Source: Escherichia coli
GTDB taxonomy: Bacteria; Pseudomonadota; Gammaproteobacteria; Enterobacterales; Enterobacteriaceae
Assembly (NCBI RefSeq): GCF_029227855.1
Contig: NZ_CP074356.1
Reading direction: 5' to 3' (one strand)
Length of the DNA: 64,000 nucleotides
Part shown: piece by piece, positions 7,467-13,467 of the stretch
How positions within the stretch are numbered: position 1 is the stretch's first letter
How the letters are laid out: the number at the start of each line of letters is the position of its first letter
The notes under the pieces: generated by a model
What the model saw: only the letters and a program-made list of their open reading frames with translations
Database searches by the model: none
What the model was told of the DNA's origin: nothing
Translations under genes and position numbers: made by a program

Positions 7467-7912
7467 CGGCGCAAATATCAGTTTACGGGCGGTTGGTGGA
7501 CGACCCGCAGACAAAACAGACCAGCAAGGGCACCCCCATGACGCTGGCGCGTATGGCGGTATCACTGCCCTGCAGTCAGTCGGATGACGGTCTGGCGACG
7601 TTGTGGTTATCTGTCCTGGCGTTTGGCAGACAAGCCGACGCGCTGGCAAAGCATCACAAAGGCGAACTCCTGAGCGTGGCGGGTAACATGCAGATGAGCC
7701 AGTGGACTGGACAGAACGGCGAAACGCGGCAGGGCTGGCAGGTTATCGCAGACAGCGTAATCAGTGCGCGATCGGTGCGACCGGGCGGCAAAAAAGGCCA
7801 ACAGGGGCAGGCTACTGACGCACTGAACAGAGCAAAACAACAGGCAGATCAGCAAGGAAGCCAGCCACCAGAGGGAGATAATGAGCAATGGGGAGATGAT
7901 ATCCCGTTTTAA
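7463..7912 (+). CDS. ssb: Single-stranded DNA-binding protein (SSB family)
   Basis: 149 aa. OB-fold-type N-terminus (VYGRLVDDPQTKQT...WLSVLAFGRQAD...KGELLSVAGNMQMSQW), a Gln/Gly-rich linker, and the canonical acidic tip DDIPF. Confidence 0.8.
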   Translation: MTAQISVYGRLVDDPQTKQTSKGTPMTLARMAVSLPCSQSDDGLATLWLSVLAFGRQADALAKHHKGELLSVAGNMQMSQWTGQNGETRQGWQVIADSVISARSVRPGGKKGQQGQATDALNRAKQQADQQGSQPPEGDNEQWGDDIPF

Positions 7913-7923
7913 ATATTGCCAAT

Positions 7924-7954
7924 AAAAAAAGCCGGAAAAAATAAATTTTCCGGC
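7924..7954 (-). terminator. Hairpin with its T-run only on the minus strand, between the replication and capsid modules
   Basis: GCCGGAAAA (7931-7939) pairs with TTTTCCGGC (7946-7954). A7 at 7924-7930 gives a U-tract only for leftward transcription. Confidence 0.4.
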
Positions 7955-8128
7955 ATGCTACATAAATCCCGACCAAAGGGAGTGAAGATATTAACACTAA
8001 TTGTCCGCACTGAAGTTGTCACACCAAAACTTTATACAACATTGCACTCGGTTGCATGTGTTCGCATGACAAATATCGGTGATAGCATATATCCACAATT
8101 ATTTTTAATGAATGCAAAGAGGATGCGT

Positions 8129-9169
8129 ATGGTTGATTTATATTCGCCTACTCAGCTTGTACAGGTAGTTAATGCTGTAGATGTACAAAAACAACTAAAT
8201 GCGTTGTTTACCAGTTTGTTTTTTACTCGCTCGGTAATGTTTGAATCGCGCGATATTATTCTTGATACAATCGACGATCCAAATATCCCAATTGCAGCGT
8301 TTTGTTCTCCTATGGTGGGTAGTAAAGTTTCACGTGACGAAGGGTACGAATCAAAAACAATTCGTCCAGGCTATATGAAGCCGAAAAGCAGCATTGATCC
8401 AAATAAGTTAGCTGTGCGCCCTGCTGGTGTGTCACCTGAGCAATACAATGCTTTTGGGGCGCGTAATATTAAAGTTAAACAGGCGATTGTAAATCAGGCT
8501 AAAGCTATTCGTGCACGTATTGAATGGCTTGCTGTTCAGGCAATCACAACGGGGAAAAATATCATTGAGGGCGATGGTATTGAACGTTATGAGCTGGACT
8601 GGAATATAAAACCACAAAATATCATCACTCAGTCTGGCGGTACTGAGTGGTCAGGTAAGGATAAAGAAACTTTTGATCCAAATGATGATATTGAGAGCTA
8701 CGCAGAATTTAGTGAGGGCGTCACTAATATCATCATTATGGGTGGTAATGTATGGAAGAAATACCGTTCATTCAGAGCGATAAAAGAGGCTTTGGATACC
8801 CGTCGTGGTTCTAATTCCGAACTGGAAACGGCCCTTAAAGACCTTGGTGATTCGGTGAGTTTTAAAGGGTATATGGGCGATGTTGCGATTGTTGTTTACA
8901 GCGGGCGTTATACCGACGAGGACGGAACAGAAAAACATTTCCTTGATCCTGATTTGATGGTGCTTGGCAATACGGCTCTTCAGGGGATTGTCGCCTATGG
9001 CGGTATTCAGGATCCGGAGCTAATCCGAATGGGGCTGACTAAAGCCGAACTTGCACCGAAAAACTATATTGTGCCTGGTGATCCGGCTATTGAATATGTG
9101 CAGACACATTCAGCACCACAGCCAATACCGGCCCGCATCAATCGTTTTGTTACCGTTCGCATTGGCTAA
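8129..9169 (+). CDS. Satellite-encoded major capsid protein, gpE (lambda E) family
   Basis: 346 aa. The C-terminal half aligns by eye with lambda gpE: ITQSGGTEWSGKDKETFDPNDDIESYA, LDTRRGSNSELETALKDLG, YMGDVAIVVYSGRY, MVLGNTA, PGDPA. The N-terminal half is much more diverged. The ATG at 8129 has AAGAGGA 6 nt upstream. The longer ORF from 7916 has no homology support. Confidence 0.88.
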   Translation: MVDLYSPTQLVQVVNAVDVQKQLNALFTSLFFTRSVMFESRDIILDTIDDPNIPIAAFCSPMVGSKVSRDEGYESKTIRPGYMKPKSSIDPNKLAVRPAGVSPEQYNAFGARNIKVKQAIVNQAKAIRARIEWLAVQAITTGKNIIEGDGIERYELDWNIKPQNIITQSGGTEWSGKDKETFDPNDDIESYAEFSEGVTNIIIMGGNVWKKYRSFRAIKEALDTRRGSNSELETALKDLGDSVSFKGYMGDVAIVVYSGRYTDEDGTEKHFLDPDLMVLGNTALQGIVAYGGIQDPELIRMGLTKAELAPKNYIVPGDPAIEYVQTHSAPQPIPARINRFVTVRIG

Positions 9170-9178
9170 GGGGGAGCA

Positions 9179-9520
9179 ATGGCTACTCATTACACTGAAC
9201 TCATGGCTGGCACTGAAGCACTGGTGACTACGCTGGGGATATTTTCAGCTAATAAAGGGGTAATTCCTGCATTTACGCCACTGATGCAGGAAGATGCAAC
9301 AGGTGCACTGGTGGTATGGGATGGTTCGAGCGTAGGTAAAGCGGTTTATGTTTCCGCTGTACAAATCGACACCGCGAAAAAAACACAGGCTCAGGTCTAT
9401 AAGACAGGTGTCTTAAATGTTGATGCTCTGAACTGGCCTGAGTCTGTTAAAGAACTGTCAGTAAAGGTTGCAGCGTTTGTTGGCTCAGGTATTTCTGTTC
9501 AGCCGCTGGCTCGTGTGTAA
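9179..9520 (+). CDS. Satellite-encoded head decoration protein, gpD family
   Basis: 113 aa. Shares TPLM, LVxWDG, YKxG, LxWPE and AFxGxGIS with lambda gpD in the same order. Confidence 0.75.
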   Translation: MATHYTELMAGTEALVTTLGIFSANKGVIPAFTPLMQEDATGALVVWDGSSVGKAVYVSAVQIDTAKKTQAQVYKTGVLNVDALNWPESVKELSVKVAAFVGSGISVQPLARV

Positions 9521-9531
9521 AGGGGGATACA

Positions 9532-9915
9532 ATGCAGAATGATTACAATGACCTTAAGCCAATTGCCGAAATGATGTACCCGAATCAAGCTGTAGAGGAA
9601 TTAAAAGCTATCGCTGACAAAATGTGTTTAAGCGAGCGCCTTGTTGATATGAATCAGGTGATGGAAATTACAACCCTGAGTCGTCGTACACTGCTAAACC
9701 TTGAGGCTAGTGGAGAGTTCCCGGAGCGTGTGCAGGTTACGGAAGGGCGTAAGGCCTGGTATTTAAGTGAAGTGATCGACTGGATAAATAATATTCCTCG
9801 CGCTTCTGAATATTGCCGCGTACCTGTCCCAAAAAAGCCAGATGCGGCGCTATGCCTCAAGATTGAGCGTGTACGCCGCAATGCACGGGATGGTCGCTAT
9901 AAGCTGATTGGTTGA
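9532..9915 (+). CDS. AlpA/MerR-like winged-HTH protein immediately upstream of cos
   Basis: 127 aa. MNQVMEITTLSRRTLLNLEASGEFPERVQVTEGRKAWYLSEVIDWI fits the AlpA pattern. It is the last gene before the cos site. Confidence 0.65.
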   Translation: MQNDYNDLKPIAEMMYPNQAVEELKAIADKMCLSERLVDMNQVMEITTLSRRTLLNLEASGEFPERVQVTEGRKAWYLSEVIDWINNIPRASEYCRVPVPKKPDAALCLKIERVRRNARDGRYKLIG

Positions 9916-9922
9916 TGAAATT

Positions 9923-9948
9923 AGGACCCGCTCTGGCTGGCGGGTCCT
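9923..9948 (+). terminator. Hairpin after the capsid module
   Basis: AGGACCCGC (9923-9931) pairs with GCGGGTCCT (9940-9948), followed by TTCC (a weak T-run). Confidence 0.45.
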
Positions 9949-9954
9949 TTCCGG

Positions 9955-10140
9955 CGATCCAGAACGTTACGGGGCGTCAGGCGCGCAGTTTTTCGCTATT
10001 TGTGAAAATTTTCCTGTTTAAGGCGTTTCCGTTCTTCTTCGCCGTAACTTAATGTTTTTATTAAAAACACCCCCTAAAAAGAAAGGAAACGACAGGTGCT
10101 AAAAACAGGCTTTTTGGCCTCTGTCGTTTCCTTTCTCTGG
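9955..10140 (+). other. cos: Lambda-type cos site (cosN plus cosB R3-I1-R2-R1) with no adjacent terminase genes
   Basis: CGTTACG|GGGCGTCAGGCG|CGCAGTTTTTCGCTATTTGTGAAAATTTTCCTGTTTAAGGCGTTTCCGTTCTTCTTCG...GAAAGGAAACGACAGGTGCT...GGCTTTTTGGCCTCTGTCGTTTCCTTTCTCTG is collinear with my memory of the first ~180 bp of lambda. The R-site repeats CGTTTCC lie at about 10023-10034, 10081-10095 (inverted) and 10121-10135. The predicted 12-nt end at 9972-9983 matches lambda GGGCGGCGACCT at 7 of 12 positions. Confidence 0.85.
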
Positions 10141-10479
10141 TTTTGTTGCCATCCGTCGCGGTCTATCACCAGAAAAAATCTTATCCCTGAGTTGAATCAG
10201 GCCCTATTCAGAAGCGGCCAATAACGCGCCGCTAGCTTCACTTCATAGTTATGGCCTACTTCTGCGCCATTGCAATTGCTTTATGCGCCTTGATGGTGGA
10301 ATATAGAGCAAGCAGTTTGCGAATAACAAAGTTTCATATGTTTTTTGCTGTGTGGCTAGACAACTTTACAGCAGAGTTTTGTGTCAGTTCTTTATGTGTG
10401 CAAGCAAGCTTGAGGGGGAATTACTTCTGGCTGTATCTTTGCTTAAGAACAGCAATAATTTAATCATAAGGAAATGTAT

Positions 10480-10506
10480 ATAAGCCTGATTAAATTTCAG
10501 GCTTAT
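10480..10506 (-). terminator. Hairpin just downstream of the TIR gene
   Basis: ATAAGCCTGA (10480-10489) pairs with TCAGGCTTAT (10497-10506), 8 nt past the stop of the minus-strand gene. Confidence 0.5.
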
Positions 10507-10513
10507 TGAAATG

Positions 10514-11656
10514 TTAACTCCTTATTAGAGAGTAAATTCCATCCTCTTTAAGGAAGTCTATTACTTCAAAGAATGAGATAAAGAATTCCCAAGAACCAAA
10601 AGCATATGCATGAATTTCGTAAGGTGCAAAATGGAATCTAAATCCATCACTATTTATTGTGAACGAGTCTAAGTTACTATCCATGATACCCGTTGCAAAC
10701 GTACTAATGTCGTCCTCACTTGGTTTTTCACCAGTTTTCTCCCAAAATTCACGAGCTGATTCAGAGATTATTTTTTGTTTTATCTTATTAATCGCTTCTT
10801 GCTCTTTCCCTTCGGTAAATACATCCCATAAACTAAATTTGTATGCGTAGTCATCCTTGGTTATTACGAAATTACTAGTTTCAAAATGACTGTTAGGGTG
10901 TGCTGCTCCCGCACCATACCAATGTACGGAATGAAGGATGCTCATGACATTTTCGTTACAGTATGAGATGTTATAACTTTCATTATAGGAACTAGTGTAA
11001 GTGTGTTTATATTCTTCATCCCAATATGGTGTTCCTGGCCATAGTGATGTGCGTTCAGAAAAAATATGTAAAGCCGCTTTTCCTGAAAAGTAATCACTAA
11101 TGAGTTTTGCTGATTTCGGTAATGTATGGCTTTCAATTCTTGGATATGCTATTTCAATTTCATGCCCTGGGATCTTGTTATATTCTTCCTTGAAAACCTC
11201 GCTGCTAAAGTTAAATGGCCCATAAGTGATACCTTGAGATATTTCAAGTTTTTGTTGCGATGCTGCTAATCTTAAAGATCTAGATAAAATGTCCCAACCA
11301 TCATTTCTCTTAAAATCAATGAATTGGAGCTTGCTTGATATGTAGGCGGGTACTTCGCAATCATCAATAAGTAATGGTATCACGAACACATCATCTGGTT
11401 TGTAATACTTTAGTTTATCAATGGCGTCATTTATTTCGCGGCGAATATAACCATTTTTCTGAGTGCTCACTTTGCTAAGGATAAGGATTATCAAGTTTGA
11501 ATTAGCGAAGTTTTTTTGGATTTCATAATCCCAGTTTACGCCAGCGGGTATATCTTTTACATCCATCCAAGGGGAATATCCTCCACTTTTTAGCCTTTCA
11601 TAGATTTCTTCAGTTATCGTTTCATCTTCTTTTGCATGAGCAAGAAAAATTTTCAT
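10514..11656 (-). CDS. TIR-domain protein fused to a DUF4163/DUF3298 (RsiV-like) C-terminal domain
   Basis: 380 aa with no signal peptide or TM segment visible. The N-terminus (MKIFLAHAKEDE...GYSPWMDVKDIPAGVNWDYEI...SNLIILILSKVSTQKNGYIRREINDAI) fits the TIR_2 pattern, including the conserved Glu position. The C-terminus has IEIAYPRI... and HWYGAGAAHPNSHFETSNF...FSLWDVF, resembling the DUF4163 and DUF3298 motifs. AT-rich. Confidence 0.7.
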   Translation of the reverse strand: MKIFLAHAKEDETITEEIYERLKSGGYSPWMDVKDIPAGVNWDYEIQKNFANSNLIILILSKVSTQKNGYIRREINDAIDKLKYYKPDDVFVIPLLIDDCEVPAYISSKLQFIDFKRNDGWDILSRSLRLAASQQKLEISQGITYGPFNFSSEVFKEEYNKIPGHEIEIAYPRIESHTLPKSAKLISDYFSGKAALHIFSERTSLWPGTPYWDEEYKHTYTSSYNESYNISYCNENVMSILHSVHWYGAGAAHPNSHFETSNFVITKDDYAYKFSLWDVFTEGKEQEAINKIKQKIISESAREFWEKTGEKPSEDDISTFATGIMDSNLDSFTINSDGFRFHFAPYEIHAYAFGSWEFFISFFEVIDFLKEDGIYSLIRS

Positions 11657-11767
11657 TGAATATTCCTTTATAATTTAACTAATTAAGTGAAGGAGGCTTT
11701 ACTTGGCTGTGTTAGAAAAAATTCGGTTTGTTTTTTGTACGATGCCAAGAAGGCTTTTCCCTAACCA

Positions 11768-11788
11768 TGTATTGCAGCATGTATTGCT
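11768..11788 (+). repeat. Tandem TGTATTGC motif (TGTATTGCAGCATGTATTGCT), candidate arm-type Int site, right arm
   Basis: Matches 873-893 at 20 of 21 positions, in the same orientation. Confidence 0.5.
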
Positions 11789-11863
11789 ACGTAATTCTGC
11801 ACCCTCTCATTTATAAAATAAATCTCTGTTAAATCAAGTATCTTTTTTCTATTTGACTCATGT

Positions 11864-11873
11864 AGCCGAAGCA
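11864..11873 (+). repeat. Right copy of the 10-bp direct repeat AGCCGAAGCA (attR core)
   Basis: Identical to 735-744. Followed by TGAGGTGAATCCGCAG, the continuation of lambda E (H-E-V-N-P-Q). Confidence 0.8.
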
Positions 11874-12699
11874 TGAGGTGAATCCGCAGATGACCCTGCG
11901 TCGCCTGCCGGATGAAGATCCGCAGAATCTGGCGGACCCGGCTTACCGCCGCCGTCGCATCATTATGCAGAACATGCGTGACGAAGAGCTGGCCATTGCC
12001 CAGGTCGAAGAGATGCAGGCAGTTTCTGCCGTGCTTAAGGGCAAATACACCATGACCGGTGAAGCCTTCGATCCGGTTGAGGTGGATATGGGCCGCAGTG
12101 AGGCGAATAACATCACGCAGTCCGGCGGCACGGAGTGGAGCAAGCGTGACAAGTCCACGTATGACCCGACCGACGATATCGAAGCCTACGCGCTGAACGC
12201 CAGCGGAGTGGTGAATATCATCGTGTTTGATCCGAAAGGCTGGGCGCTGTTCCGTTCCTTCAAAGCCGTCAAGGAGAAGCTGGATACTCGTCGCGGCTCT
12301 CATTCCGAGCTGGAGACAGCGGTGAAAGACCTGGGCAAAGCGGTGTCCTACAAGGGGATGTATGGCGATGTGGCCATCGTCGTGTATTCCGGACAGTACG
12401 TGGAAAACGGCGTCAAAAAGAACTTCCTGCCGGACAACACGATGGTGCTGGGGAACACTCAGGCACGCGGTCTGCGCACCTATGGCTGCATTCAGGATGC
12501 GGACGCACAGCGCGAAGGCATTAACTCCTCTGCCCGTTACCCGAAAAACTGGGTGACCACCGGCGATCCGGCGCGTGAGTTCACCATGATTCAGTCAGCA
12601 CCGCTGATGCTGCTGGCTGACCCTGATGAGTTCGTGTCCGTACAACTGGCGCAATCGTGGCCCTTCGGGGCCATTTTCTCTCTGTGGAGGAGTCCATGA
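11872..12699 (+). pseudogene. E: Major capsid protein gpE, 3' fragment (codons 82-341), with loss of the normal stop
   Basis: HEVNPQMTLRRLPDEDPQNLADPAYRRRR...DPDEFVSVQLA matches lambda gpE 82-341. The expected TAA is CAA (12652-12654), so the frame runs 15 more codons (QSWPFGAIFSLWRSP) to TGA at 12697-12699. Confidence 0.93.
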
Positions 12700-13091
12700 C
12701 GAAAGATGAACTGATTGTCCGTCTCCGGTCGCTGGGTGAGCAACTGAACCGTGATGTCAGCCTGACGGGGACGAAAGAAGAACTGGCGCTCCGTGTGGCA
12801 GAGCTGGAAGAGGAGCTTGATGACACGGATGACGCTGCCGGTCAGGATACCCCTCTCAGACCGGAAAATGCGCTGACCGGACATGAAAATGAGGTGGTAT
12901 CAGAGCAGCCGGATACCATGATTGATACGGCTGCTCTGGTCACGGTCGTGGCACTGGTGACGCTGCATACTGATGCACTTCACGCCACGCGGGATGAACC
13001 TGTGGCATTTGTGCTGCCGGGAACGGCGTTTCGTGTCTCTGTCGGTGTGGCAGCCGAAATGACAGAACGTGGCCTGGCCAGAATGCAATAA
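12696..13091 (+). CDS. FI: DNA-packaging/head-completion protein FI
   Basis: MTKDELIVRLRSLGEQLNRDVSLTGTKEELALRVAELEEEL...MTERGLARMQ is close to lambda gpFI. Confidence 0.92.
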   Translation: MTKDELIVRLRSLGEQLNRDVSLTGTKEELALRVAELEEELDDTDDAAGQDTPLRPENALTGHENEVVSEQPDTMIDTAALVTVVALVTLHTDALHATRDEPVAFVLPGTAFRVSVGVAAEMTERGLARMQ

Positions 13092-13102
13092 CGGGAGGCG
13101 CT

Positions 13103-13456
13103 GTGGCTGATTTCGATAACCTGTTCGATGCTGCCATTGCCCGCGCCGATGAAACGATACGCGGGTACATGGGAACGTCAGCCACCATGACATCCGGTGA
13201 GCAGTCCGGCGCTGTGATACGTGGTGTTTTTGATGACCCTGAAAATATCAGCTATGCCGGACAGGGCGTACGCGTTGAAGGCTCCAGCCCGTCCCTGTTT
13301 GTCCGGACTGATGATGTGCGGCAACTGCGGCGTGGAGACACGCTGACCATCGGTGAGGAAAACTTCTGGATAGATCGTGTTTCGCCGGATGATGGCGGAA
13401 GCTGTCATCTCTGGCTTGGGCGGGGCGTACCGCCTGCCGTTAACCGTCGCCGCTGA
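13103..13456 (+). CDS. FII: Head-tail joining protein FII
   Basis: GTG start as in lambda. ADFDNLFDAAIARADETIRGYMG...GRGVPPAVNRRR. Confidence 0.92.
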   Translation: MADFDNLFDAAIARADETIRGYMGTSATMTSGEQSGAVIRGVFDDPENISYAGQGVRVEGSSPSLFVRTDDVRQLRRGDTLTIGEENFWIDRVSPDDGGSCHLWLGRGVPPAVNRRR

Positions 13457-13467
13457 AAGGGGGATGT

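Larger units (their letters stand above)
735..11873 (+). mobile_element. P4/PICI-like phage satellite inserted in capsid gene E (11,129-bp repeat unit)
   Basis: Bounded by the 10-bp direct repeat. The integrase gene sits at the left end. It also contains AlpA, a primase-helicase with iterons, its own capsid and decoration genes, and a cos site without terminase. Removing one unit restores an uninterrupted lambda E reading frame. Confidence 0.85.

Noticed and set aside
7916-8128. 71-codon upstream extension of the satellite capsid ORF
   Set aside because: The extension spans a hairpin and an AT-rich promoter-like region and has no similarity to the gpE N-terminus. The ATG at 8129 has a strong RBS and aligns with lambda E residue 1.
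10251-10463. 70-aa Cys/Leu-rich ORF between cos and the TIR gene
   Set aside because: There is no RBS, the composition is odd, and it sits in what looks like a non-coding spacer. A small membrane peptide cannot be excluded, but there is no support for one.
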